From: an uncultured bacterium
GTDB lineage: Bacteria > Patescibacteriota > Kazan-3B-28
NCBI GenBank assembly: GCA_963695435.1
Contig: OY968788.1
Location: 349,456 to 413,455, forward strand
Length of the DNA: 64,000 nucleotides
Direction: 5' to 3'
The first letter of the stretch is position 1, and each line of letters opens with the position of its first letter. The notes beneath the pieces are model-generated. The model did no database searches, was not told where the DNA came from, and saw nothing but the letters and a program-made list of their open reading frames with translations. The translations under genes and the position numbers were made by a program. Below are positions 9,237 through 18,597 of this stretch, in pieces.

Positions 9237-10054
9237 TGAACTGGCCGATTTTCTGGCAAACCCTAAAAAGCTACTGGCTAACCATCCTCTTCTACTGCGG
9301 TGGCTTGTTCTTGTATAGTATGTTTTTGACATTTATTTTCCCAGTTGCTCGCGACTTGGGAACGAATTACACCGAGATTTTTAACAAAATACCCGAACAA
9401 ATTAAGCAGGCGATGGGTGGAGCAAACTTTTTGACTAACGGGCTGACCTTCGAAGGATTCTTGTCGTTGGAACATCTTAAATTTTTCTGGGTAATCGCTG
9501 TTGCCGCTTTTATTGTTGGGTTTGCTTCGCGGGCAATTGCGGGAGAAGTGGAACAGGGCACAATCGCTCTTCTGTTGTCCCAACCGGTTACCCGCACGCA
9601 AATATTTTTCAGCAAATTCGCTGTTGGAGTAATAGGAATAGTGGCATTGACCGCAGCAACCATCGGAGGGATCCTCTGGCAGGCTCATCGATTGGACATT
9701 GCAGTCGCGCCGATTGAGGGATACTGGTTGTTCCTTAGTGTGGCTATTTTATTTTTTATTAGTATTCTCGCGGTGGCGATGATGTTCTCCACCATGGTGG
9801 CGGAACGGGGGCGAGCTACACTACTGCCGCTTATGTTTGTAATCGTTTCTTTCGCGATAGATTTATTTGCTAAATTGAATGCGGATTGGGAAGACTTGAA
9901 ATGGCTTTCGATATTCCATTATTACGGAACGCCGGATTCGATTATCACTAACGCAAGTATTGATGATCTAAACCTTTGGGTATTTGGCGGGATTATTGTG
10001 GTAACAACTATTATTGGGTTGGTAACTTTCAACCGGCGAGATATCGCCGTGTAG
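9224..10054 (+). CDS. ABC-2 family transporter permease
   Basis: 276 aa, 6 TM, start overlaps ATPase stop. Confidence 0.7.
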   Translation: MVPIMNWPIFWQTLKSYWLTILFYCGGLFLYSMFLTFIFPVARDLGTNYTEIFNKIPEQIKQAMGGANFLTNGLTFEGFLSLEHLKFFWVIAVAAFIVGFASRAIAGEVEQGTIALLLSQPVTRTQIFFSKFAVGVIGIVALTAATIGGILWQAHRLDIAVAPIEGYWLFLSVAILFFISILAVAMMFSTMVAERGRATLLPLMFVIVSFAIDLFAKLNADWEDLKWLSIFHYYGTPDSIITNASIDDLNLWVFGGIIVVTTIIGLVTFNRRDIAV

Positions 10055-10080
10055 TATAGGAAATCCAGTTTAGCGGGATT

Positions 10081-10998
10081 CTACAGAACTTGGTTCGGGA
10101 AAAGTCCCTGGGTGGCGTTGACCATTGTATCCGTCCACTGTTCGGCGTTCTGCTCTCTAGACTTGTCAGTAGCCCAAGCAACGCATGGAAGGGCTAGGAC
10201 ATTGCCTTTGTAGTTGTTCGGAGTGCCGTTGTCTTCTTCGAACGCATAACCGCCAATCTTGCCGGATTGTGCTAAATCTAAAACTAACTGGTGGTTGTAA
10301 GTGCGACTGAAGCTTACGAAAATAGCTGAATTGTTTATACTGTTCAGCAAATCATCGGTGAGAGTTTGGATGCTCTCTTCGTTTTTTGCCATGGCGGAAA
10401 ATATTACATCGCACGAGGACATCAATTCTGGCAGTTCAACAAATTTGAATCTTTCGTCTCGCGATTTTCTTGACCAATAGACAACTTCCATACCTATGCC
10501 GGAGCAAAGTTCGGCGTATCTTTTCCCAATGTTGCCAAGCCCAACAATTCCTGCTCTTTTTCCTTTCAACTCAATGCCTCGGTGTCTTATGTAGTTCTGC
10601 TGGTAGTTATCCTGAATTACCAGCGGCATTTTGCGAGCCACTGCCAGTGTCACCATTAGGGCGAATTCGGTTACAGCCTCGGTGCAGTAATTACGAACAT
10701 TGGTAACGGGGATATTTTTTGTTTTGGCGTATTTCGCATCTATCCAAGAAAAAGAAGTGGTCAAACCACAAATCGCTTTTAGGTTGGGAATTGCGTCAAT
10801 TTCTTCTTTGTTGAATTTCCAATCAACAAAGTCGGGGTCTAGTCCTACTATTTTCTCTTCGCTGTCCTGCAGCTCGGGAATCGAAGAGAGGTTTTGGGTT
10901 TGAGATACATAAAACACAGGGGCAGCGGAGTTCAGACGAGTTTTTTGTTCGTCTGTGAAATACTTCTTCCCCTCTGGTGAAAGAATAATTATTTTCAT
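10081..10998 (-). CDS. D-isomer-specific 2-hydroxyacid dehydrogenase family, NAD-binding
   Basis: GxGxxG Rossmann motif GIVGLGNIGKRYAE and catalytic-domain layout. Confidence 0.8.
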   Translation of the reverse strand: MKIIILSPEGKKYFTDEQKTRLNSAAPVFYVSQTQNLSSIPELQDSEEKIVGLDPDFVDWKFNKEEIDAIPNLKAICGLTTSFSWIDAKYAKTKNIPVTNVRNYCTEAVTEFALMVTLAVARKMPLVIQDNYQQNYIRHRGIELKGKRAGIVGLGNIGKRYAELCSGIGMEVVYWSRKSRDERFKFVELPELMSSCDVIFSAMAKNEESIQTLTDDLLNSINNSAIFVSFSRTYNHQLVLDLAQSGKIGGYAFEEDNGTPNNYKGNVLALPCVAWATDKSREQNAEQWTDTMVNATQGLFPNQVL

Positions 10999-11412
10999 CT
11001 AATCGATTAGCGACTGTTCTTTTAGTCTTGGCAAAACTTCGTGTTCGAAGATTGAGCCGACTTTGATATCTGCGGGAATTTCAGAAGTAATCCAACGGAT
11101 TTCCTCGACCTCGCTGTTTGGCCTTGGTTCGCCGTCCCAGTTTTTCACTGTGAAAACATCCATCCTTACCCTTTTGCCGTCCATACCAGCGGCTTCGGCG
11201 TAAAACACACCGAATTCCTCTAAGTTATCTTCAATCACATCAATCGCGAATTCTTCTTGAAGTTCTCTCACTAAAGCTTGTTTTGGAGTTTCTCCTTCTT
11301 CAATCGAACCACCCGGAGCGATAAAAAATTCCTTACCAAAAGATCTCTCGACTAAAAGTTTATTGTCGCGGATGATAATTCCGCCTGATTTATGGATGTC
11401 GAAGTTGTCCAT
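10999..11412 (-). CDS. NUDIX hydrolase
   Basis: Nudix box GGSIEEGETPKQALVRELQEEFAI. Confidence 0.8.
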   Translation of the reverse strand: MDNFDIHKSGGIIIRDNKLLVERSFGKEFFIAPGGSIEEGETPKQALVRELQEEFAIDVIEDNLEEFGVFYAEAAGMDGKRVRMDVFTVKNWDGEPRPNSEVEEIRWITSEIPADIKVGSIFEHEVLPRLKEQSLID

Positions 11413-11423
11413 ATTAGTTAGTC

Positions 11424-11987
11424 TTAGCTACTGGCCATCATATTATTGAGAGCCTCTAAGACTTGAGGGAGCTCGAGCCACCCTTCATGCCCGCTTAGAT
11501 GGCCACCATTGGGTACTATCACCAGTTCGGCATCTAACTTATCTTTTATTAGGTTTGCGTTTTCCATCGGTACAGACGGATCATTGTCGCCATGAATTAC
11601 TACAATCTTCAAATTGTAAGATTTTATTTTTTCAAAGTTGAACGGGTCATTCAAAAATCTATCGACTTTATCTTTTCCTATCGGAATTACTGGTCCCGCA
11701 ACAAACACGAGCCCAGCCACACCATGAATGTTATCCGCAGATTCTAAATAGCGTAAAATTGCGGGTACTCCCAAACTGTGCCCTACTAGATAAATTTCGT
11801 CTTGGGCGCCTTGTTCCACTTGTCTTGCAATTTCTTTCCCCCATTCTTCTGGCGAAGGATTCCATGGATTAGGCATTGGAAGCGCGCAGGCATAAATATC
11901 CTGCTTATCTAACTCAGCCATTAGCCATGGCCGCCAACCTCCATTGGGGCTACCTTCGTAACCGTGGATTATGAATACTTTTTTCAT
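11424..11987 (-). CDS. alpha/beta hydrolase (RBBP9/YdeN-like serine hydrolase)
   Basis: 187 aa, nucleophile elbow GHSLG, later D and H (IHGDNDPSVP ... GGHLSG). Confidence 0.65.
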   Translation of the reverse strand: MKKVFIIHGYEGSPNGGWRPWLMAELDKQDIYACALPMPNPWNPSPEEWGKEIARQVEQGAQDEIYLVGHSLGVPAILRYLESADNIHGVAGLVFVAGPVIPIGKDKVDRFLNDPFNFEKIKSYNLKIVVIHGDNDPSVPMENANLIKDKLDAELVIVPNGGHLSGHEGWLELPQVLEALNNMMASS

Positions 11988-12000
11988 CTTTAGAATTTTC

Positions 12001-12074
12001 TGGCAGGCCTGGAGGGAATCGGACCCCCGCCTTCGGTTTTGGAGACCGACGAGCTACCACTACACTACAGGCCT
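12001..12074 (-). tRNA. tRNA-Trp (anticodon CCA), 3' CCA encoded
   Basis: Hand-folded: acceptor AGGCCTG/CAGGCCT, anticodon stem TCGGT/ACCGA, loop CTCCAAA; strong similarity to E. coli tRNA-Trp; D-stem has one T-T mismatch. Confidence 0.8.
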
Positions 12075-12103
12075 TTGTATCAACAGGGATATTTTACCAT
12101 AAA

Positions 12104-12130
12104 CCCCGCTACTGGAGCGGGGTTTTTTAT
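12104..12130. terminator. hairpin CCCCGCT-ACTGGA-GCGGGG with T-run on + side, between rpmG and tRNA-Trp
   Basis: perfect 6-7 bp GC stem; U-tract strong on + strand, weak on minus. Confidence 0.4.
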
Positions 12131-12313
12131 TTATTTAGTTTCTTTGTGTTCGGTGGTCTTTTTGCAGATACGGCAGAATTTCTTTCTGACCAACCTATCC
12201 GGTGTATTGGTCGGATTCTTGCGAGTAGAATAGACGCCCTGCTTACATACAGTACACATCAGTTTGATGATGGGGCGTTTTACCTTCTTGGTGATTTTAG
12301 CTTTTGCTGGCAT
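12131..12313 (-). CDS. rpmG: 50S ribosomal protein L33 (zinc-ribbon C+ form)
   Basis: 60 aa, CTVC ... CRIC. Confidence 0.9.
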   Translation of the reverse strand: MPAKAKITKKVKRPIIKLMCTVCKQGVYSTRKNPTNTPDRLVRKKFCRICKKTTEHKETK

Positions 12314-12314
12314 A

Positions 12315-13097
12315 TTATGCTTTTTTAATTTGTAGGAAGTCTAATTCAACTGGAGTCTCGCGACCAAAGATGCTGACCAGCACCTTGATTTTCCCTTTTT
12401 CTTCGTCAATTTCATTAACTGAACCATCGTAGTTTTTGAACGGGCCGTCTTTGATGTGTACCAAATCGCCGATATTTACATCAATCTTATACTTTGGTTC
12501 TTCCACATCCATCCGCTTGAAGATACCCTTCAATTCAAAGTCGGAAACAGGAACAGGGACTGTACCAGAACCGATGAATCCTGTTACATTTGGCGTGTTG
12601 CGAACAACATACCAAGAATCTTCCGTCACTTTCATATTGACCAACACATAACCGGGGAACATTTTCTTTTCCACGATTTTGCGTTTGCCGTTCTTGATTT
12701 CAATTTGATTTTCTTTCGGGACCAAAACATCAAAAATTTTGTCTTGCATATCGAGCGAAGAAATTCTTTGCTTTAAACTATCAGACACAGCATCTTCATA
12801 GCCGGAATAAGTGTGTAAAACATACCACTGCCCCGGCCATTCCTTAGAAAGAGAAGCTGCTGTATCGGCAACTGGAGTCGGCTCTTCGTCGGTCTTTTCT
12901 TCAATTTCTTCCTCAATTTCATCAGCTGGTAATGCAGCTTGCTCAACCGATTCTTCAATTTCAGCTAATTCACCCTTGCCCTCTTCTTCTTCAACCTCGG
13001 CTTCAGCTAAAGACTCTTCCACGGTTTCTGGAGTGTCTTCTGCCTCTACGGGTGTCTGTTGGTCGTCTGATTGTGGTAAGTTGTCGTTTTCTTCCAT
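12315..13097 (-). CDS. nusG: transcription antiterminator NusG with ~85 aa acidic N-terminal extension
   Basis: NGN ([12 protein letters not shown]) and KOW ([19 protein letters not shown]) regions; E/D-rich N-terminus. Confidence 0.9.
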   Translation of the reverse strand: MEENDNLPQSDDQQTPVEAEDTPETVEESLAEAEVEEEEGKGELAEIEESVEQAALPADEIEEEIEEKTDEEPTPVADTAASLSKEWPGQWYVLHTYSGYEDAVSDSLKQRISSLDMQDKIFDVLVPKENQIEIKNGKRKIVEKKMFPGYVLVNMKVTEDSWYVVRNTPNVTGFIGSGTVPVPVSDFELKGIFKRMDVEEPKYKIDVNIGDLVHIKDGPFKNYDGSVNEIDEEKGKIKVLVSIFGRETPVELDFLQIKKA

Positions 13098-13153
13098 TTG
13101 CTTTATTTATTTGTGAATCATTCCGAAGCTTTAGCGAAGGATGACGTCCATTA

Positions 13154-13405
13154 TTATTGAGTTACTGGGGTAGCTGTAACATCACCGAGGCTAGTGCTGG
13201 CTGTCGGCGTATTCTTTTCAGCCAAGATAGTCAGCCACTTGATTCCGGTAGTCAAACCGTAGTCAGCCAATGCTACATAAACCATAAACAAAATTGACAC
13301 ACCTAACACTATCAAAGTCAGATTGATAGCAGCTTGGCGAGTCGGCCAAGTGACCTTGGCTAATTCAACCCGAGCTTCGTGGAAAAATTTTAGAATACCC
13401 TTCAT
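13154..13405 (-). CDS. secE: preprotein translocase subunit SecE
   Basis: FFHEARVELAKVTWPTRQ followed by single TM helix. Confidence 0.85.
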   Translation of the reverse strand: MKGILKFFHEARVELAKVTWPTRQAAINLTLIVLGVSILFMVYVALADYGLTTGIKWLTILAEKNTPTASTSLGDVTATPVTQ

Positions 13406-13423
13406 ATGTTGCGATTATTAGGT

Positions 13424-13517
13424 GGAGGTAAGAGCAGTGAGCTTGTTTCGACTTGTCGAAATGGGCTTTGCCCACGAGCGTTGAGGGAGGGAAATACCTC
13501 GTCCTTCCCTCAAGAGC
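13424..13517 (-). repeat. X-element copy 1 (structured ~95-nt repeat) between rpsI stop and secE start, sense orientation
   Basis: shares CGCTCGT, GGGC-AAA-GCCC hairpin and CAAGCTCACTGCTCT with copies at 35106-35200 and 24262-24360; stems differ but remain paired. Confidence 0.6.
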
Positions 13518-13931
13518 TTAACGCTTGGAGAACTGTGGAGCGCGACGAGCGCGTTTGAGACCAAACTTTTTGCGTTCCTTTACGCGAGCATCACGAGTAA
13601 GTAATCCTGCTTTTTTCAGTGCTGTCTTTAGATTAGCATCAAACTCCACTAAAGCCCGAGCAATTCCGTGACGCACGGCATCTGCTTGAGCTGCCATACC
13701 GCCTCCGTGGACATGTGCAGAAACATCAAAATCTTTTTGCATCCCAACAGTAGTCAATGGCGAGAGAGCAATTTCAACTAAATCTTTAGGACTGAAATAA
13801 TGACTGCCGACTTGGTCGTTGATTACCACAATTTTGCCGTCACCCTTGTAAAGACGGACTTGAGCAGAAGCGGTCTTGCGACGACCGACTGCGTAGAAAT
13901 ATTTACCAGAAAGTTTTAGTGTTGGTTCCAT
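13518..13931 (-). CDS. rpsI: 30S ribosomal protein S9
   Basis: C-terminal GLKRARRAPQFSKR. Confidence 0.95.
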   Translation of the reverse strand: MEPTLKLSGKYFYAVGRRKTASAQVRLYKGDGKIVVINDQVGSHYFSPKDLVEIALSPLTTVGMQKDFDVSAHVHGGGMAAQADAVRHGIARALVEFDANLKTALKKAGLLTRDARVKERKKFGLKRARRAPQFSKR

Positions 13932-13936
13932 ACTAT

Positions 13937-14377
13937 TTATAATTTAACCTCTACTGGGTTTTGACCGCCGTGAGGATGTGTTTCGCCAGTGTAAATCTTT
14001 AGTCTCTCAAGCATTCTGTTGTGGAGTTTATTCTTTGGGAGCATCCCCGCAATGGCGTGACGAACAACTTCGGTAGGATTTTTGCCCGCCAGAATTTCTG
14101 CGGCAGTTTTGGTATTCAAACCACCAGGATAAGTGGTGTGAGTAGTGTAAATCTTTTTCGCCAATTTATTGCCGGTCAGTTTTACTAATTCGGCATTGAT
14201 AATAATAACATTCGTCCTGGCCTCCACCGCCCGATTGAAACTAGCTTGATCTTTACCCATCAGAAGCTTGGCGATTTTCACTGCCAAACGGCCAACCACC
14301 TGATCCTTGGCATCAGCCACGAACCAGCGTTCGGGGAGTTTTTGACTCGGCATATGATCAGTAGCTTTTTTTAACAT
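13937..14377 (-). CDS. rplM: 50S ribosomal protein L13
   Basis: WFVADAKDQVVGRLA. Confidence 0.95.
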   Translation of the reverse strand: MLKKATDHMPSQKLPERWFVADAKDQVVGRLAVKIAKLLMGKDQASFNRAVEARTNVIIINAELVKLTGNKLAKKIYTTHTTYPGGLNTKTAAEILAGKNPTEVVRHAIAGMLPKNKLHNRMLERLKIYTGETHPHGGQNPVEVKL

Positions 14378-14730
14378 TAGACAAATTCAATTACGGATGT
14401 AGGAGCGGCATCACCAACCCGAGTGCCTTTGCGGACAACCCGAACATATCCGCCAGTTCGCTCTTGGTAGCGGGGAGCCAAAACTTTGATTAGCTTTTTT
14501 ACTACAATCTGATTATTATACAAATCTTTCATCAATCTTTGCTTGGCGTTGAGGTCGCCTTTTTTGGCGGTAGTAATAAGTCGTTCGATTTTTGGTCTCA
14601 AACTTTTGGCTTTTGCTGAAGTTGTCACAATGCGTTCGTGCAGAATAAGTGAAGTTAGCAAATTACGCATCAACGCGGTACGCTGACGTTTTACTCTCCC
14701 CAACTTTCTGCCTTTTACCAAGTGACGCAT
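14377..14730 (-). CDS. rplQ: 50S ribosomal protein L17
   Basis: MRHLVKGRKLGR ... GGYVRVVRKG. Confidence 0.95.
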   Translation of the reverse strand: MRHLVKGRKLGRVKRQRTALMRNLLTSLILHERIVTTSAKAKSLRPKIERLITTAKKGDLNAKQRLMKDLYNNQIVVKKLIKVLAPRYQERTGGYVRVVRKGTRVGDAAPTSVIEFV

Positions 14731-14763
14731 AGAGAATAATTAAGAATGAAGAATTATGGAAGA

Positions 14764-15714
14764 TTATTCGGGACGGTTGAATATAATTCCGAGCTCGCCG
14801 AGCTTATCAGTGATTTCGTCTAATGCTTTGGCGCCCAATCCCTTCATTTCACCAAGCTTTTCCGCACCGATCTCTAATATTTCGCTTACTTTCTTGATAC
14901 CGTTATTTATCAGCGCGTTAGTAGTGCGAACTGAAAGACTAATTTCGTCTATGTTGAAGTCTTTGGCACTAACTTCATCCGACTCGGCCTCCGGTTCACC
15001 AACCGGCAAGTTTTCCAAATCAACACCGAATATGCTCAACTGACGCGCAAGCAATAGAGCGCTTTGGCGCAGAGCTTCTTCGGGTGTAATAGTGCCATCG
15101 GTCAATACATTCAGAGTTAGTTTGTCGTAGTTTAGCGTTTCACCGACACGAGTTGGCTCAACATTGAACATTACTTTTACAACTGGTGAAAACGCAGCAT
15201 CAACCGCAATTGTACCGATGGAAAAACTTTTCTCGTCCATTGCTTCGCTCGGTACATATCCCCTCCCCTTGCCTATCTGAATTTCTAGATCCAGAGCGCT
15301 TTTTTCAGATACGGTCGCGATGTATTGCTCGGGGTTTACCAGAGTCATGTTACTTGGAATATCTAAATCACCGGCGGTAACTTCACCTGTTTTGGTTGAT
15401 TTGAATTTCAGCGTTGTAGAGCCTCCTTCATGGACGATGAAGTGCAGTTTTTTGAGATTCAGAATTACTTCAACTGCGTCTTCCTTAACTCCTGGAATGG
15501 GAGAAAATTCGTGATCGATGCCCGCGATTTTCACCGCGATAACGGCCGCGCCCGAAAGAGAACTCAAAAGCATTCTCCGCAAAGAGTTCCCCAGCGTAGT
15601 GCCATAACCCGGATAACACGGTTCGATAACAAACACCGCGCGGTTAGGAGCCTTTTCTTCGATTTTTATACTCGGTATGTTTATGTCTTCAGTCATAATA
15701 TTCCCTCTCCCCAA
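14764..15714 (-). CDS. rpoA: DNA-directed RNA polymerase alpha subunit
   Basis: 316 aa, NTD and CTD conserved, follows rpsD. Confidence 0.95.
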   Translation of the reverse strand: MGRGNIMTEDINIPSIKIEEKAPNRAVFVIEPCYPGYGTTLGNSLRRMLLSSLSGAAVIAVKIAGIDHEFSPIPGVKEDAVEVILNLKKLHFIVHEGGSTTLKFKSTKTGEVTAGDLDIPSNMTLVNPEQYIATVSEKSALDLEIQIGKGRGYVPSEAMDEKSFSIGTIAVDAAFSPVVKVMFNVEPTRVGETLNYDKLTLNVLTDGTITPEEALRQSALLLARQLSIFGVDLENLPVGEPEAESDEVSAKDFNIDEISLSVRTTNALINNGIKKVSEILEIGAEKLGEMKGLGAKALDEITDKLGELGIIFNRPE

Positions 15715-15719
15715 AATTA

Positions 15720-16346
15720 TTATCTTGAATAGAATTCAACGATTATTTTTTCACTAAATGGGACTTCAATTTCGTCACGAGTAGGTAAATTGGTGATCTG
15801 AATAGTCAGCTTGCTATTGTCCACCTTCAGCCATGAGGTTGGCTGATTGCCTTTGGCAGTTTCTTGAAGTGTGGTTTTTTGAGTGGAACTTTTGCCGCTG
15901 AAATTTACCTCGTCGCCTGGGCGAATTTGGAATGATGGCACATCAACCGCTTTGCCATTAACACTCAAATGTCCGTGAGAAACTAATTGGCGAGCGGAAC
16001 GATGAGAATCAGTCCAGCCTGCCCGATAGACTACATTGTCCAAACGGCGTTCCAGCTCCACTAATAGTTCAATGTCGGTCGAACCTTTTTGCTGACTAGC
16101 TGCCGTGTAATAATGTCTTAATTGTTTTTCGGTAAGATTATAAAAAACTCGAGCTTTTTGCTTTTCACGAAGTTGCTGACCGTAAGCGGTCAACTTCGCA
16201 AAGCCAGCCCTTTTGCCGTGCATACCAGGAGGTTGTTTGCGGTGTAACTTCACATACCGCGCGGCAGTAGAACGATCGCCAGCCATAGCGAAATCTTCGC
16301 CTAGCCGTCTGATCTTCTTCATTTTTGGTCCTATAGAAGTAGACAT
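15720..16346 (-). CDS. rpsD: 30S ribosomal protein S4
   Basis: S4 domain, 208 aa. Confidence 0.95.
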   Translation of the reverse strand: MSTSIGPKMKKIRRLGEDFAMAGDRSTAARYVKLHRKQPPGMHGKRAGFAKLTAYGQQLREKQKARVFYNLTEKQLRHYYTAASQQKGSTDIELLVELERRLDNVVYRAGWTDSHRSARQLVSHGHLSVNGKAVDVPSFQIRPGDEVNFSGKSSTQKTTLQETAKGNQPTSWLKVDNSKLTIQITNLPTRDEIEVPFSEKIIVEFYSR

Positions 16347-16351
16347 GTTAT

Positions 16352-16825
16352 TTATACTCTGCGAGATTTACGCGGACGCGGTCCGTTATGCGGAATTGGG
16401 GTTATATCTTTGATTGAAACAATATCTAAACCTCCTTGGGCGACTGACCGAATTGCGGCTTCCCGCCCCGTGCCAACACCTTGTACGAAGATGTGGGCTT
16501 TCTGCATTCCCATAGCTACTCCCTTGGCTACCGCCGAAGCGGAAGCACGCGAGCCAGCATAGGAAGTTGATTTCTTAGAGCCTTTGAACCCTTCGCGTCC
16601 AGCAGAGCTGGAGGAAAGTACATTACCTTCCAAATCGGTTACTGTAACGAGGGTATTATTGAAAGTGGACTTGATGTAAACTTTGCCCTCGGTAACAACC
16701 CGTTTGACCTTCTTCTTTTTGGCCTTGGTTGTTTTTCCGGCAATTTTAGCAGCGTAGGCCTGCTTCTTTTGCTCGGCCTTCCGCCCTTTTTCAGCTTTCT
16801 TCTGTAATCTTTTCTTTCTGGACAT
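16352..16825 (-). CDS. rpsK: 30S ribosomal protein S11 with ~25 aa Lys-rich N-terminal extension
   Basis: FNNTLVTVTDLEGN ... ITPIPHNGPRPRKSRR. Confidence 0.95.
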   Translation of the reverse strand: MSRKKRLQKKAEKGRKAEQKKQAYAAKIAGKTTKAKKKKVKRVVTEGKVYIKSTFNNTLVTVTDLEGNVLSSSSAGREGFKGSKKSTSYAGSRASASAVAKGVAMGMQKAHIFVQGVGTGREAAIRSVAQGGLDIVSIKDITPIPHNGPRPRKSRRV

Positions 16826-16828
16826 AGT

Positions 16829-17218
16829 TTAGGTCTTATCCCCTGTCTTCTTACGACCGCTACCCATCGTTACTCGTTTGCCTCGCTTGGTGCGAGCATT
16901 GGTGCGAGTACGCTGACCGCGAACCGGAAGTTTTTTGATATGGCGGAGACCGCGATATGACCCCAGATCTTTCAATCGTTTGATATTCATTGCAATTTCT
17001 CTGCGCAGGTCGCCTTCAACCAGCAATTCTTTTTCAATCAACGCCCGCAGACGATTTTCTTCATCGGGAGTAAGATTCTTGACCTTGGTCGCGGCATCAA
17101 TGTTGGTTTGTTTCAGGATTTGAGCACTCAAACTTCTGCCAAGACCGTAAATTCCAGTCAGAGCGATATCAATTCGCTTGTCATTGTTCAAGTTGATTCC
17201 GGCAATTCTGACTACCAT
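16829..17218 (-). CDS. rpsM: 30S ribosomal protein S13
   Basis: [10 protein letters not shown] ... [19 protein letters not shown]. Confidence 0.95.
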   Translation of the reverse strand: MVVRIAGINLNNDKRIDIALTGIYGLGRSLSAQILKQTNIDAATKVKNLTPDEENRLRALIEKELLVEGDLRREIAMNIKRLKDLGSYRGLRHIKKLPVRGQRTRTNARTKRGKRVTMGSGRKKTGDKT

Positions 17219-17220
17219 AT

Positions 17221-17334
17221 TTATCCTTGGCGTTGTTTATGCTTTTTTGTTGAACAAATCACGCGTACCACGCCCTTGCGTTTGATGACGCGGCAGTTTT
17301 TGCACATTGGTTTTACTGAAGGCCTAACTTTCAT
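17221..17334 (-). CDS. rpmJ: 50S ribosomal protein L36 (C+ zinc form); true start is internal Met of the 67-aa track ORF
   Basis: [37 protein letters not shown]. Confidence 0.9.
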   Translation of the reverse strand: MKVRPSVKPMCKNCRVIKRKGVVRVICSTKKHKQRQG

Positions 17335-17462
17335 GTCGTCTAAATTCTTTCGCGTTAACGGAAAGTCGCATCCGCTTCTTTCCTTTTGGGGCTCAAGAAT
17401 TTCTCCTCTCCCCAAGCCAAACACTTCGTTGGTTTGCCTCGGGGGCCCCGATAGAATATTAA

Positions 17463-17687
17463 TTACTTATGTCTATAAGTGATTCTTCCTTTTTCGATAT
17501 CGTAAGGGCTCATTTCGATTCTAACTTTGTCGCCCGGCGCGATTTTGATGTAGTTCATCCGCATCTTGCCGGAAATGTGAGCCAAAATAACATGACCATT
17601 GTCCAGCTCTACTCTGAAACTGGCATTGGGCAGGGCTTCTTTGACGACCCCGTCCAGCTCAATAACTTGTTTTTCGAAGGTGTTCAT
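17463..17687 (-). CDS. infA: translation initiation factor IF-1
   Basis: S1-like fold, [19 protein letters not shown]. Confidence 0.95.
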   Translation of the reverse strand: MNTFEKQVIELDGVVKEALPNASFRVELDNGHVILAHISGKMRMNYIKIAPGDKVRIEMSPYDIEKGRITYRHK

Positions 17688-17832
17688 AGGAGATGGTAAG
17701 GGCTTACCCTACACTTCCACAGCCGTTCTTGGGGGAAGACTTGGTGCCCTGATAACCAGTTGGAACCTAACAGATAAGGCGGGAAAATTTACTTTGGTAT
17801 TATTGAATTTTTTTGAGCCCTAGTCAAGCATT

Positions 17833-18597
17833 TTATTGAGAGCGGCCGGCAATTAGCTCGTCCAGGGGGGTAAGAACCTCGGCTCCCGTGGGGGTTATGA
17901 GGATAGAGTGTTCAAAGTGGGCAGCCACTCTCCCGTCAGCTGTTTCGATAGTCCAGCCGTCAGAAAGTTCATTGGTTTCTTCCGCCCCCAGGCCCGCGAT
18001 AGGTTCAAGTGCCAGCACCAGACCTGATTTCAGGGCCATTCCTTTAGAACCGGGGTCGAAGTTGGGGATCATCGGGTCCAGATGCAGTTCCCGCCCGACT
18101 CCATGACCTACCAGCTGGCGGAAAATGGTTAGTCCCCTGCCCCGAAGGATTTGCTCGATGGCCTTTGAGATGTCCTGAACATGATTGCCCTCCCTGGCTG
18201 CATCTGTGCCCGCCAACAGGGCGGTATAGGTGCCGTCGAGTAAGCGGTGGGCTTCCGGAGCAATATTTCCCACCGGCAGGGTTATGGCGGCGTCAGTGTG
18301 CCACCCGCGGTAGTACATCCCCATATCTATAGCCAAAATATCACCTTCTTTCAGGACATAGTCAGTGGGGATGCCGTGAACAACTACTTGGTTTACCGAT
18401 AGGCACAAAGATGACGGGTATCCTTTATACCCCTTGAAGGACGGGAGCCCGCCCGATTGGCTGAATAAACTGTCTGCCAATTTTTCCAAGTCCAGTAAAT
18501 TGACGCCAGCACGAACTTGTTCTTTCAAAGCTTTAAAGATAGTCATCAATCGACGACCGCTTTCTTTTAGATCAGCAATGTCTTCTGTGCTTAGCAT
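17833..18597 (-). CDS. map: methionine aminopeptidase type I
   Basis: 254 aa, pita-bread metal-ligand pattern (D..D..H..E..E). Confidence 0.9.
   Translation of the reverse strand: MLSTEDIADLKESGRRLMTIFKALKEQVRAGVNLLDLEKLADSLFSQSGGLPSFKGYKGYPSSLCLSVNQVVVHGIPTDYVLKEGDILAIDMGMYYRGWHTDAAITLPVGNIAPEAHRLLDGTYTALLAGTDAAREGNHVQDISKAIEQILRGRGLTIFRQLVGHGVGRELHLDPMIPNFDPGSKGMALKSGLVLALEPIAGLGAEETNELSDGWTIETADGRVAAHFEHSILITPTGAEVLTPLDELIAGRSQ

Noticed and set aside
17221-17424. Full 67-aa ORF as L36
   Set aside because: Canonical L36 (37 aa, MKVRPSVK...) begins at the internal Met. The N-terminal 30 codons are upstream spacer.
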